Shown here piece by piece: positions 1-9,832 of a stretch of 28,378 bases of DNA. The DNA is from Candidatus Methylomirabilia bacterium (GTDB lineage Bacteria; Methylomirabilota; Methylomirabilia; Rokubacteriales; CSP1-6), in assembly GCA_041496385.1 (NCBI GenBank), contig JBGQEL010000050.1:1-28378 (forward strand), read 5' to 3'. A model generated the notes under the pieces. The model ran no database searches, was not told the DNA's origin, and saw nothing but the letters and a program-made list of their open reading frames with translations. Each line of letters begins with the position of its first letter. The first letter of the stretch is position 1. The position numbers and the translations under genes were made by a program.

Positions 1-800
1 ATGCCGCCGCCGAAGAGCTTGGGCTGCAGGCCCACCTCGAGCGCCGCCCGCAGCATCCCGACCGAGTCCGGCGGGTATGACGCCACGAACACGATGTCGG
101 CGTTGGTCGCCTTGATGGCGCGCACGATCGGCGTGTAGTCGACGGTGCTGGGCGGGTAGTTCTTGTCGTACACGATCTTGAAGCCGAACTTCTTGACGAG
201 ATCACGCGCGCCGACCATGGCGTTCTGCGGGTACTCGGCGTCGGCGCCCACCAGCGCGACCGTCTGCGGCTTCGGATTCTGCCGGGCGGCCAGCTCGAAG
301 AAGCCGATGGGCATGCTGGTCTGCGGATCGGGCCCGGCCGGCTGGATCTGGAAATAGTTCGGGTACTGGTACTTCTCGTTGTTGGCCAGCCCGAACATCC
401 CCATGACGATCAGCTTGCGCTCCATGGCGATGGGCATGAGCGGCGCGATGAGGTTGGTCCCGTACCCGGAAATGATGAAGTCGACCTTGTCGACGTCGAG
501 CAGCTTCGTGTAGATCCCGGGCACGGTGGCCGGGTTGGTCTGGTCGTCGTAGAAGACGAGCTCCACCGGCCGGCCGAGCAGGCCGCCCTTCTTGTTGACG
601 TCGTCCTTCCAGATCTGGACGGCCAGGAGCGCGGGCTTGCCGTTGGCGGAGAGTCCGCCCGTCAACGCCATGCCGAAGCCGACCTTGATCGGATCGGCGC
701 CCCGGGCGACGAACGTCCCGCCGCTCGCGAGCACGAGCGCCAGGACGACAACCCCGATCAGCGCCATGCTCCCCATTCCCTTCTGCGAATGCCGTGTCAT
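1..800 (-). CDS. Liv-family ABC transporter substrate-binding protein (3' end outside window)
   Basis: Not in ORF track (no stop in window). Manual translation from ATG at 800 with GAGGGG RBS: MTRHSQKGMGSMALIGVVVLALVLASGG...ADPIKVGFGMALTGGLSANGKPALLAVQIWKDDVNKKGGLLGRPVELVFYDDQTNP. Signal peptide plus typical LivJ/K-like N-terminus. Confidence 0.9.
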   Translation of the reverse strand, partial: MTRHSQKGMGSMALIGVVVLALVLASGGTFVARGADPIKVGFGMALTGGLSANGKPALLAVQIWKDDVNKKGGLLGRPVELVFYDDQTNPATVPGIYTKLLDVDKVDFIISGYGTNLIAPLMPIAMERKLIVMGMFGLANNEKYQYPNYFQIQPAGPDPQTSMPIGFFELAARQNPKPQTVALVGADAEYPQNAMVGARDLVKKFGFKIVYDKNYPPSTVDYTPIVRAIKATNADIVFVASYPPDSVGMLRAALEVGLQPKLFGGG

Positions 801-898
801 CGGTCCCCTCTCTCTGCGCGCCTGCCGCGGGGCGCGCCCCTCACGCGGGTAAACGAGTCGTCGCAACGTATATGGGAAAGCGACGGAAAACGCAACCG

Positions 899-1606
<708 letters not shown>

Positions 1607-1611
1607 GCCCG

Positions 1612-3612
1612 CTACCCCGCGCCGTCGCGGGCGGCCAGGTCCTGCTCGCCGCCGGTGCCCAGGTAGGCCTCGATGACCCTGGGATGGCGCTGGATCTCCG
1701 CGGGCGTGCCCTCCGCGATGCGCGTGCCGTAGTCGAGCACCGTGATCCGGTCGGAGATTCCCATGACCACCCCCATGTCGTGCTCGATCAGCAGCACGGA
1801 CAGCGCGAGCTCGCGCCGGAGGAGATCGATCAGCTCGGTCAGCGTCCCCGTCTCGCGCGGATTCATGCCGGCGGTGGGCTCGTCGAGCAGGAGGAGTCGC
1901 GGCTCGGTCGCGAGCGCCCGCGCGATCTCCAGCCGCCGCTGGTCGCCGTAGGGGAGGTTCCGGGCGAGGTCGTCCGCTTTTCCGCCGAGCCCGACGAACA
2001 GGAGCAGCTCGCGCGCGCGCGCCCGGGCCCGCGCCTCCTCGGCGACGACCGCGGGCGGCCGGAGCACGGCCCCGGGCACGGTGGAGACGAGACGGCAATG
2101 CTCGCCGACGAGCACGTTCTCGAGCACGCTCATCTGCGGGAAGAGCCGGATCGACTGGAAGGTGCGCGCGATCCCGCGGGCGACGATGGCGTTCGGGCGG
2201 AGCCGGGCCAGGGGAGCGCCCTCGAACGTGATGCTGCCGCCGTCGGGTCGGGCGAGGCCGGTCACGACGTTGAAGAACGTGGTCTTGCCCGCGCCGTTGG
2301 GGCCGATCAGCCCGATGACGGCGCCGCGCGGGACGACGAGGTCGACTGCGTTCAGCGCGACCACGCCGCCGAAGCTCTTCGAGAGCCCGCGCACCTCGAG
2401 GATCGGCGCCGCGCCCACCGCGGCGCTGTTGCGCGGCGCGCCCTCGCGCAGCCAGCGCGGGAGCGCGTCCGCCCGCGGCGCTGGCGCCGGCGCGTCGAGG
2501 ACCAGGGCGTCGTCGGCGTCGGCGTCGCCGGCGTCCGGGGCCTGCGGGCGCACGCGCCGGCCCGCCAGGCCCTCGGGCCGCAGCAGCATCACGAGGACGA
2601 GCCCGAGGCCGAAGAAGAACCAGCGCCACAGCGTGAGGTCCGCCGTCGTGAGCGCGGTGACGCCGGTGGTCCGCCCGAGCCAGCGGACCATGAACGTCGA
2701 CTGGGTGAGGACGACCCGGTCGAAGAGCGTGATGAGCATCCCGCCCAGGATCACGCCCTTGAGGCTGCCCGCCCCGCCGAGGACGACCATGCAGAGCAGC
2801 ATGATTGACACCTGGAACTCGAACGCGCCCGGCGTGATGGCCTGGAGCTTGGCGGCGTAGATCGACCCCGCGAAGCCCGAGAACGACGCGCCGAGGGCGA
2901 AGGCCAGGAGCTTGGTCGAGATCGGGTTGACGCCCGTGCAATCCGCGGCCGTCTCGTCCTCGCGGATCGCCATCCACGCCCGACCGAGCCGCGAGTCGCG
3001 GAGCCGGTTCATCGCCCAGAGCGAGGCGAGTCCGACGACGAGGATCAGGAAGTACCAGGGCACCGGGTCGGTCTCGAACGGCACCCCCGGCAGGTACGGG
3101 CGGCCGACTGGGTTCACGCCGTTCTCGCCGCCGGTGAGGTTCAGTCGCTCGATCGGCCGCCAGCCGCCGATGTCGATGGTGATGTCTCCGAGGTTACGGA
3201 TCGCGACGGGGATGATCTCGCCGAACCCGAGCGTGATGATCGCCAGGTAGTCGCCACGCACCCGCAGCGTCGGCGCGCCGATGACGACGCCGAGCAGCGC
3301 CGACACGGCGGCCGCGAGCCAGATGCAGACCCAGAAGCTCCACGCGTGCCCGTAGAACGGCGAGCCCAGGACCGGCGAGTTGAGGAGCCCCATCGTGTAC
3401 GCCCCGATCGCGAAGAACGCCGCGTAGCCGAGGTCGAGCAGTCCCGCATAGCCAACCACGATGTTGAGCCCCAGCGCGAGGAGCACGTAGATCATTCCGT
3501 CGGAGACGGCGTGGACCGTCTGGAGCCCGAACGCGCGGTCGAGGAACGGGTAGATCAGGAGGCCCGCCGCGAGCCCCGCCCACCCGAGCGCCCGGCGGGG
3601 GTCGACCGTCAC
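1612..3612 (-). CDS. Fused ABC permease and ATP-binding protein (LivM-LivG fusion)
   Basis: N-half has LivM motifs (GLNIVVGYAGLLDLGYAAFFAIGAY; RVRGDYLAIITLGFGEI; SRLGRAWMAIREDE). C-half has LivG motifs (GPNGAGKTT, LPYGDQRRLEIARAL, LLDEPTAG, VIEAYLG). One frame with an Ala/Pro/Asp-rich linker. Confidence 0.92.
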   Translation of the reverse strand: MTVDPRRALGWAGLAAGLLIYPFLDRAFGLQTVHAVSDGMIYVLLALGLNIVVGYAGLLDLGYAAFFAIGAYTMGLLNSPVLGSPFYGHAWSFWVCIWLAAAVSALLGVVIGAPTLRVRGDYLAIITLGFGEIIPVAIRNLGDITIDIGGWRPIERLNLTGGENGVNPVGRPYLPGVPFETDPVPWYFLILVVGLASLWAMNRLRDSRLGRAWMAIREDETAADCTGVNPISTKLLAFALGASFSGFAGSIYAAKLQAITPGAFEFQVSIMLLCMVVLGGAGSLKGVILGGMLITLFDRVVLTQSTFMVRWLGRTTGVTALTTADLTLWRWFFFGLGLVLVMLLRPEGLAGRRVRPQAPDAGDADADDALVLDAPAPAPRADALPRWLREGAPRNSAAVGAAPILEVRGLSKSFGGVVALNAVDLVVPRGAVIGLIGPNGAGKTTFFNVVTGLARPDGGSITFEGAPLARLRPNAIVARGIARTFQSIRLFPQMSVLENVLVGEHCRLVSTVPGAVLRPPAVVAEEARARARARELLLFVGLGGKADDLARNLPYGDQRRLEIARALATEPRLLLLDEPTAGMNPRETGTLTELIDLLRRELALSVLLIEHDMGVVMGISDRITVLDYGTRIAEGTPAEIQRHPRVIEAYLGTGGEQDLAARDGAG

Positions 3613-3616
3613 CGGC

Positions 3617-4555
3617 TCACGCCTTGTCCGACGTTCGCTCGCCCATGAGGCCGTGGGGCCGGAAGACGAGGACGAGGATGAGGATGGAGAAGACGATGGC
3701 GTTGGTCCAGCGGGCCGAGATGTACTGATCGCTCCACGCGGAGAGAAAGCCGATCATGAGGCCGCCGAGCGCCGCGCCCGCCATGTTGCCGATGCCGCCG
3801 AGGACGGCGGCGGTGAAGGCGCGCAGTCCCGCCTGGTAGCCCATCCACCACATGCCGATGTTGTAGTACATGCCCTGGATCAGCCCCGCCGCTCCGGCCA
3901 GCGCGCCGCCGACGAAGAACGTCAGCAAGATGGTCCGCTCCACGTTGATCCCCATCGCCTGGGCGGTCTCGCGGTCCTGCGCCGTCGCGCGCATGGCCTT
4001 CCCCCAGCGCGTCCGCGTCACGAAGTAGTTGAGCGCCACCATGAGCGGGATCGCCGCCCCCACCACGAACAGGTCCTTGGTCGTGATGAAGATGGCCGAC
4101 TCCACGCCCAGCCAGTCGCGCAGGATGTCGACGGACGGCATGACGTCGGGGTAGGCGATGGGCGCCGGGCCCTGCCAGAGGAGCGCGATGTTCTCGAGCA
4201 TGAACGACACGCCGATCGCCGTGATGAGCGGCGCGAGCCGCGTCGAGCCCCGCAGCGGCCGGTACGCCACCCGGTCGATCGCGACGTTCAGCGCCGCGGT
4301 CGTGAGCATGGTGAGGAGGAAGACGAGCGGGAGCAGCGTGACGAGCTGCCAGCCGGTGAGCGCCTTCGTCACGCCGAGCAGCGTGAACCAGGCGAGCGAG
4401 ATGAAGAGCCCCAGCATGAAGACGTCGCCGTGGGCGAAGTTGATGAGCTCGATGATGCCGTACACCATCGTGTAGCCGAGCGCGATCAGCGCGAAGACGG
4501 CGCCGCGGGTCAGGCCGTTGATCGTCTGCTGGACGAGGACTTCCCACCACTCCAT
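3617..4555 (-). CDS. livH: Branched-chain amino acid-type ABC permease (LivH-like)
   Basis: QQTINGLTRGAVFALIALGYTMVYGIIELINFAHGD; GKAMRATAQD; AFTAAVLGGIGN; LVFRPHGLMGE. Confidence 0.93.
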   Translation of the reverse strand: MEWWEVLVQQTINGLTRGAVFALIALGYTMVYGIIELINFAHGDVFMLGLFISLAWFTLLGVTKALTGWQLVTLLPLVFLLTMLTTAALNVAIDRVAYRPLRGSTRLAPLITAIGVSFMLENIALLWQGPAPIAYPDVMPSVDILRDWLGVESAIFITTKDLFVVGAAIPLMVALNYFVTRTRWGKAMRATAQDRETAQAMGINVERTILLTFFVGGALAGAAGLIQGMYYNIGMWWMGYQAGLRAFTAAVLGGIGNMAGAALGGLMIGFLSAWSDQYISARWTNAIVFSILILVLVFRPHGLMGERTSDKA

Positions 4556-4603
4556 GGAAGGACGGATGGGGAGGGCCGCAGGGCCGGCCCTCCCCGGCAG
4601 GCG

Positions 4604-5869
4604 CTACTCGAGGATGGTCTCGAACTGGAACTTGCAGCCGATCGGCCCGTCGGCCTTCACCACCTTGAAGCCCGACATGGTGTCGTAGTCGACGTCGCCG
4701 TTCTCGTCGAAGCTCCACTTGCCGTTGATGCCGTCGAAGTTCTTCGTCGACGCGATGGCCCGGCGCACAGCCTCACGCTTCTCGGTCACGTCCTTGGCCT
4801 TCTCGATCGCCGGCGCCGCCCGCTTGATGGCGTCGATGATCACGCGGCCGCCCTCGGCGGCGTAGAGCGCGTACGAGGTCGGCTCCTTGCCGAACTTCGC
4901 CTTGTAGGTCTCGTAGGTCTTGGCCCCGATGCCCCGCATCTTCTCGAAGGGCAGACCGGCGAAGGTGACCCGCATGTCGGTCGCCAGCGCGGCGTCGCAG
5001 GTCGCGCCCTTCAGCAGCTCCTCCTCGAGGAGCCCGTCCGGGCCCATGAAGCGGGTGCGAGGCGCGGTGAGGCCGACCTCCTTCATTTGTCTGATGACCA
5101 CCTGCGCGCCCGTCTCGATGACGCCCCCCAGGTAGACGAGATCGGCGCCGGAGGCGCGGATCTTCGTCAGCACCGGCTTCTGGTCGGGCTGCTTCCAGTC
5201 GATGCCCTCGTTGGCGACGACGGGCAGCCCGATCTTCTTGGCGGTGGCCTCGAAGACGTCGGCGATGCCCTTGCCGTAGAGCTCCTGGTCGTTGAGGATG
5301 AAGACCTTCTTCGCGCCCATGCGCTTGGCCCACTTGGCGGCGACCGCGCCCTGGATGTCGTCGGCCGGGATCGGGCGGAAGTAGTTCACGAACCCGCCCG
5401 GACGGTAGATCTCGGGCTCGCCGGGGGCGGCGCCGCGCTTCTTCGTCAGGCCGGGATAGGTGTTGGCCGGCGTGACCTGCGCCATGTGGGCCCGGTTGGT
5501 GATCGGGATCGAGACCTTCGCCGCGCCTGAGTTGTACGTGCCGATGTACACGATCGCCAGCGGGTCGCCGACGGCCTTGTTCGCGTTCTCGGCCTCGACC
5601 GCGCCGTCCCACTTGCCCGTCTGGGGCGAGGCGTCGTCCAGGTTGACGATCTCGAGGCAGTAGCCCGCCACCACGCCGCCGACCTCGGACACCGCGAGGT
5701 CGACGCCGTTCTTCATGCCGGTGCCCTCGGGAAGCATCGCTCCCTGCATCGGCCACGATGTGTAGAGGCGGAGCTTGCCCTTCGGGCATTGCTGGGCGTC
5801 GGCGCTGGCGACGAGCCCGACGAGTCCGAGGAGTGCAACGGCGACCGCACCGATTCGCGAACGTCTCAT
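4604..5869 (-). CDS. Liv-family ABC transporter substrate-binding protein
   Basis: Start placed at MRRSRIGAVAVALLGLVGLVASADAQQ (signal peptide, GGAGGG RBS). IGTYNSGAAKVSIP, NDQELYGKGIAD, FDGINGKWSFDENGD. First gene of the liv operon. Confidence 0.9.
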   Translation of the reverse strand: MRRSRIGAVAVALLGLVGLVASADAQQCPKGKLRLYTSWPMQGAMLPEGTGMKNGVDLAVSEVGGVVAGYCLEIVNLDDASPQTGKWDGAVEAENANKAVGDPLAIVYIGTYNSGAAKVSIPITNRAHMAQVTPANTYPGLTKKRGAAPGEPEIYRPGGFVNYFRPIPADDIQGAVAAKWAKRMGAKKVFILNDQELYGKGIADVFEATAKKIGLPVVANEGIDWKQPDQKPVLTKIRASGADLVYLGGVIETGAQVVIRQMKEVGLTAPRTRFMGPDGLLEEELLKGATCDAALATDMRVTFAGLPFEKMRGIGAKTYETYKAKFGKEPTSYALYAAEGGRVIIDAIKRAAPAIEKAKDVTEKREAVRRAIASTKNFDGINGKWSFDENGDVDYDTMSGFKVVKADGPIGCKFQFETILE

Positions 5870-5898
5870 GGCTGGCCCTCCTTGGGTTCGGCCGTATG

Positions 5899-5925
5899 AG
5901 ACTATGGGCGTTGCTCCGTTGTCAA
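5899..5925 (-). promoter_or_regulatory. Possible sigma-70 promoter of the liv operon
   Basis: Minus strand TTGACA (5925-5920), N15, TAGTCT (5904-5899). Perfect -35 but short spacer. Confidence 0.3.
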
Positions 5926-5978
5926 CGGCGGCGCGAGAGCCCGCCGGCGAGGCAAGGGTGGCGCAGCGAGGTGAGGAC

Positions 5979-6806
5979 ATGGCGCGACCGCGCGTGATCT
6001 ACGAGGCGAAGCCCGGCTCGCCCCTCGACGTCGACCGCGAGCTTTACGGGCGCCTCGCACGCGAGACGGGCGCGCGCACGCTCGTCGAGCGATTCGTCGT
6101 CCCCCGGCGCTCGGGCCGGGCGTGGCCGGTGCGCGCGGGCCAGCTCGTTCGCATCGTCGCCGTCGAGGGGCCGCAGGTGGCGGACCTCAACGTCTGGAGC
6201 CTGGCCAATCCGCGCGAGCGCTTCTGGGCCTCGCGTACCCGCCAGCTCCACCGGGCGCATCTCACGACGTTCGACCGGCTCTGGTCGTGTCTGCCCTATC
6301 TCAGGCCGATGCTGACGATCACCGCCGACGCCATCCAGTACGGGCGCGACGAGGACGGCGCCGGGTGTCACGATCTGCTCGGCACCCGCTGCGACCCCTA
6401 CGTGCACAAGCTGCTCAACGGGGAGGAGTTCGACCTCTGCTGTCACAGCAACCTCGTGCGCGCCGTGGCGCCGTATCACCTCACCGAGCTCGACGTGCAC
6501 GACGTGCTGAACGTCTTCCAGGTCACCGGCCTCACCGCCGACGGCCGCTACTTCGTGAAGCCGAGCCCGGCGCGCCGGGGCGACTTCATCGAGTTCTTCG
6601 CCGAGATCGACGTGCTCTGCGCGATCTCGGTCTGCCCCCACGGCGACCTGTCGGTGCAGGTGTGGGGGCCCGAGGCCGGCGATCCTCTCGCCACCTGTCG
6701 CCCGCTCGGCGTGGAGATCTGGCAGCCGGCGCCGGAGCTGCTCACCGGCTGGGCGCCGCCGCGGCCTTCTGACTATGGCGGGGGCCACGGGTTGCGCCAG
6801 GCATGA
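5979..6806 (+). CDS. DUF1989 / urea carboxylase-associated family protein (long form)
   Basis: ATG 5979 after GAGGTGAGGAC. GPQVADLNVW, RERFWASRTRQLH, HDLLGTRCDPY, CCHSNL, VHDVLNVFQVTG, GDFIEFFAEIDVLCAISVCPHGD. Confidence 0.88.
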   Translation: MARPRVIYEAKPGSPLDVDRELYGRLARETGARTLVERFVVPRRSGRAWPVRAGQLVRIVAVEGPQVADLNVWSLANPRERFWASRTRQLHRAHLTTFDRLWSCLPYLRPMLTITADAIQYGRDEDGAGCHDLLGTRCDPYVHKLLNGEEFDLCCHSNLVRAVAPYHLTELDVHDVLNVFQVTGLTADGRYFVKPSPARRGDFIEFFAEIDVLCAISVCPHGDLSVQVWGPEAGDPLATCRPLGVEIWQPAPELLTGWAPPRPSDYGGGHGLRQA

Positions 6807-6837
6807 GCGCGCGGGGTCGGGCGCGGGAGTCGGGGCG

Positions 6838-7437
6838 ATGATCGGGGAGCGCGTCACGATCCCGGCACGGCGGGGCGCCGCGGCGCGCGCGCGGGCCGGT
6901 CAGCTCATCCGCGTCATCAACACCCACGGCACGCAGGTGGTGGACGCCTGGGCGTTCAACGCAGGCGATGTGACTGAGTGGATGTCGATGGAGGCCAGCC
7001 GTGCGTGGTTCATGAAGCTCGCGGCCGGCGTCGGGGACACGTTCGTGACGAACCGGCGGCGCCCCATCCTCACCCTGGTCGAGGACACCTCCGGGTGCGC
7101 CCACGACACGCTCATCGCGCCGTGCGACCCTCACCGCTACGGCCTGTTGGGCGTCGAGGGTTATCACGACAACTGCCGCGACAACCTGCACGCCGCCCTC
7201 GCCGCGCTCGGCGTCACCCTGCCGGCGACGCCGCCCTCCCTGAACCTCTTCATGAACATCCCGTGGACGCCCGACGGGCGTCTGGCGTGGGGCGAGCCCG
7301 TGTCCCCGCCGGAGGGTTACGCGCTGTTCCGCGCGGAGATGGATCTCCTGATCGCGCTCTCCGCCTGCCCCCAGGACATCCTGCCGATCAACGGCCGTAC
7401 CGGCCGGACGACCGAGGCGCACTTCACCATCGAGTAG
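6838..7437 (+). CDS. DUF1989 / urea carboxylase-associated family protein
   Basis: MIGERVTIPARRG...NTHGTQVVDAWAFN, HDTLIAPCD, NCRDNL, PPSLNLFMNIP, RAEMDLLIALSACPQD. Confidence 0.88.
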   Translation: MIGERVTIPARRGAAARARAGQLIRVINTHGTQVVDAWAFNAGDVTEWMSMEASRAWFMKLAAGVGDTFVTNRRRPILTLVEDTSGCAHDTLIAPCDPHRYGLLGVEGYHDNCRDNLHAALAALGVTLPATPPSLNLFMNIPWTPDGRLAWGEPVSPPEGYALFRAEMDLLIALSACPQDILPINGRTGRTTEAHFTIE

Positions 7438-7519
7438 GCCGGGCTCCCCTCGGGGCCACTCGGCGCCGCGGTCACCGGAGAACTTCGCCGGGGCGGGCGG
7501 GCCGCGTATGCTGGACGCG

Positions 7520-7969
7520 ATGGCTTCTCAGTTGACCGACATGTTGCGGTCACGGCTCTGCAGCAGCCTCACCGTTCAGGAGGCCGAGCGCATCGCTGAC
7601 GCCACGGTTCCCCGAAAGGTCCTGGCCGGCGCGCCCATTTGCGCGGAGGGTGACCGGAACGCGGGCCTCATCTTCCTGACGCGCGGCAGCGGCGAGATCG
7701 TTCGGGGGACGCCGCCGCCCGGCAGCCCGCCGATCGCCGCCGTCGAGGGACCGACCATGCTGGGCGAGGTGAGCTTGCTGACGAATCAGCCCGCGTCGGC
7801 GACCGTCCGCGCCCGGACCGATTGTGAATGCTATGTCCTCACGCGCTCGCAGTTTCAGCGCCTGCTCGAGAACGAGAGCCGGGCGATCAGCAAGCTGGTG
7901 ATCGCGATCGCGGAAGGCCTGGCGCGGAAGCTGACCGCGATGAACGACCGGGTCGCCCAGCGCTCCTGA
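7520..7969 (+). CDS. Stand-alone cyclic-nucleotide-binding domain protein
   Basis: ICAEGD...LIFLTRGSGEI...LGEVSLLTNQPASATVRARTDC fits a cNMP-binding beta-barrel; no HTH. ATG 7520 lies 7 nt after TATGCT (7507-7512); alternative start 7508. Confidence 0.8.
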   Translation: MASQLTDMLRSRLCSSLTVQEAERIADATVPRKVLAGAPICAEGDRNAGLIFLTRGSGEIVRGTPPPGSPPIAAVEGPTMLGEVSLLTNQPASATVRARTDCECYVLTRSQFQRLLENESRAISKLVIAIAEGLARKLTAMNDRVAQRS

Positions 7970-9152
7970 CCTCCGCGGCGGCCTTCGTCGCTGCGACCTC
8001 CACCCCCGCACCTTCGACGATCAGCATGGCCGGAACAGGACGCGGGCGCACGGGCGGAGCCTGTGCCGGCGGTCGCCCCTGGGCCGTCAGCCGAGGGGCG
8101 TGAGCGGCCGGGCGACCTAGCGCAGACCGGACCAAAGCATCCACGACGCGTGTCGCGAGCCGTTGACCGAGCGAGACGAACGGACGTTCGAGCGCGTGAT
8201 AGACCACGAACGGGACCACGACCATCAGCGCCGAGAACAGCGCCCACCGCACGAGATGGGACGCCTCCACGCGGAAGAAGGACAGCCAGATCGCGATCAT
8301 GTGGAAGAGATAGATCCCGTACGAGTACTTCGCCACCGCATGGGCGCCCCTTCGCAGCCACGCGGTCTCGACTTCGCGGAACAGAGGGAGCACCAGACCG
8401 AGTAGCAGGCAGGGAATCCAGCCGCGCAGCCTCCCATCCAGGAAGTCGAATCCGAGGAAGAGCGCGCCGACGCACGCCGGAAACAGATAGAACGGCAGGC
8501 GTGGCGTGACTCTGCCTCCGAGATGAAACGTGATGATTCCACTGATGAAGCACGGCGCGTACTGGATCAGTGTCAGCCGGTCCCCGATCCGGCCGGCGAC
8601 GTGCGGCTGGCCGAGCGCCAGCAGCACGGCGAGTGCCCAGATGCCGATGAGGGCCGCCAGGGAAGGACAGCGACGCAAGAACAGGAAGAAGAGCGGGAGG
8701 AACAGGTACATCTGCAGCTCGTAGGGCAGGCTCCAGAGGGGTGCGAGGATCGGCGGGCTGTAGGTCAGGTTCATGGTGAGCAGCAGGTTCGAGGTCAGGT
8801 GCAGCGGGCCCGTCGGAAAGTCGTACGCCGCCAGGAACGGCACCCAGGGGATCTCGAGCATCCAGACGACGACGACACAGACGATCGAGAGCGGGTAAAT
8901 CCGGAACACTCGTCGGATATAGAACCCCGCGAAGAGCGCCTTGCCGGACAGGCGCAAGCGCTCCATGGACATCATGAGCACCAGGCTCGTGTGGACGAAG
9001 AAGAGGTAGACGCCGAACGGGCCGAGACCCCGGAACACGGTGATCACGTGGGAGTCGCGAAGCAGGGCATAGAGCAGGTGAGCCGCGAGCACTATGAGGA
9101 CGGCCACGGCTCTCAGGACATCCAGGTTGGCCGATTCGCTCTGGGTTTGCAT
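7887..9152 (-). CDS. Membrane-bound O-acyltransferase (OafA/YrhL, acyltransferase-3 family)
   Basis: NLDVLRAVAVLIVLAAH, GVYLFFVHTSLVL, FYIRRVFRIYPL, LWSLPYELQMYL, KYSYGIYLFH, YHALERPF; many TM segments. Start at ATG 9152. Confidence 0.88.
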   Translation of the reverse strand: MQTQSESANLDVLRAVAVLIVLAAHLLYALLRDSHVITVFRGLGPFGVYLFFVHTSLVLMMSMERLRLSGKALFAGFYIRRVFRIYPLSIVCVVVVWMLEIPWVPFLAAYDFPTGPLHLTSNLLLTMNLTYSPPILAPLWSLPYELQMYLFLPLFFLFLRRCPSLAALIGIWALAVLLALGQPHVAGRIGDRLTLIQYAPCFISGIITFHLGGRVTPRLPFYLFPACVGALFLGFDFLDGRLRGWIPCLLLGLVLPLFREVETAWLRRGAHAVAKYSYGIYLFHMIAIWLSFFRVEASHLVRWALFSALMVVVPFVVYHALERPFVSLGQRLATRVVDALVRSALGRPAAHAPRLTAQGRPPAQAPPVRPRPVPAMLIVEGAGVEVAATKAAAEVRSAGRPGRSSRSASAPGLPRSRSPAC

Positions 9153-9159
9153 GATGGGT

Positions 9160-9227
9160 AGCGTCGCGGCTCGGCCTCCCGCGGTAAATCGGGGCCCCCC
9201 CGGAGTCCGACACGGGAAATGACCTGA
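9160..9227 (-). promoter_or_regulatory. Tandem-palindrome promoter P1 (acyltransferase)
   Basis: Minus strand: TCAGG-TCATTT-CCCGT (9227-9212), TCCGG-GGGGGC-CCCGA (9204-9189), TTTACC, N17, GACGCT (9165-9160), 7 nt, ATG. Confidence 0.65.
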
Positions 9228-9244
9228 CGCGCGGCATGGACCCG

Positions 9245-9313
9245 TGAGGGAACCACCCATGCCCGATTCGGGAGAACGCCGGCTCGAAACCGTTCGCCGA
9301 CCGCGCCTACACT
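9245..9313 (+). promoter_or_regulatory. Tandem-palindrome promoter P2 (PEP-CTERM-like gene)
   Basis: TGAGG-GAACCA-CCCAT (9245), TCGGG-AGAACG-CCGGC (9268), TCGAAA, N18, TACACT (9308-9313). Confidence 0.62.
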
Positions 9314-9340
9314 CCACGCCGTCACGCATGGAGGCCGAGC

Positions 9341-9805
9341 TTGAAGGACGTACACAATCGATGCGCGTCCGTGCTGCTCTCACTCGTCGCGCTGTTTCTC
9401 GTCCACGCTGTCGCCGGCGCGGAGTCGCTCCCCGTGCTCGCGACCGGAGGGAGCGGGACCGCCAACGCCGTCGGGGTGCTCGTGGACAAGGGGCTCCTCA
9501 CGCCGGACATCGGGTCGGGGCCGCGTGTCGGCCCGGCGACGATCGAGCTCCCGTTCGTGATGCACGGATCGCCCGTCGGCGTGCTCGGCCAGTTCGAGCT
9601 CGGTGGGGAGCGGGTCTTCGAGTTCGTCATCAGTGGCGCCGGCATCCTCGGCCTGGATCTCTTCGGAGATGCGCGCGGGAACTGGTTCCTGAGGAGCGAA
9701 AGCTTCGAGTTTTCACCGGCGGTCGAGCCTGGGACGCTCCTCCTGCTCGGCGCGGGCCTCGTCGGCCTGAGCTGCGCCGTCTGGTGGAAACGCCGCCGGC
9801 ACTAG
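9341..9805 (+). CDS. Small secreted protein with PEP-CTERM-like sorting signal
   Basis: TTG start 6 nt after GGAGG. Signal peptide VLLSLVALFLVHAVAGA. C-terminus PAVEPGTLLLLGAGLVGLSCAVWWKRRRH = EP motif, TM helix, basic tail. Confidence 0.75.
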   Translation: MKDVHNRCASVLLSLVALFLVHAVAGAESLPVLATGGSGTANAVGVLVDKGLLTPDIGSGPRVGPATIELPFVMHGSPVGVLGQFELGGERVFEFVISGAGILGLDLFGDARGNWFLRSESFEFSPAVEPGTLLLLGAGLVGLSCAVWWKRRRH

Positions 9806-9832
9806 ACCCGCGGTCCCGACCCCAGCGGGGCC

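Noticed and set aside
5870..5978. Guanidine riboswitch upstream of the DUF1989 genes
   Set aside because: Only about 110 bp shared by divergent genes and no recognisable ykkC-type features; an Infernal scan would settle it.
7440..7506. Tandem regulon box upstream of the cNMP gene
   Set aside because: No GG-N6-CC pair at the required spacing from TATGCT.
9231..9250. Sigma-54 promoter for the PEP-CTERM gene (CGGCATGGACCCGTG)
   Set aside because: No GC ten bases after the GG; the tandem-box and TACACT model fits better.
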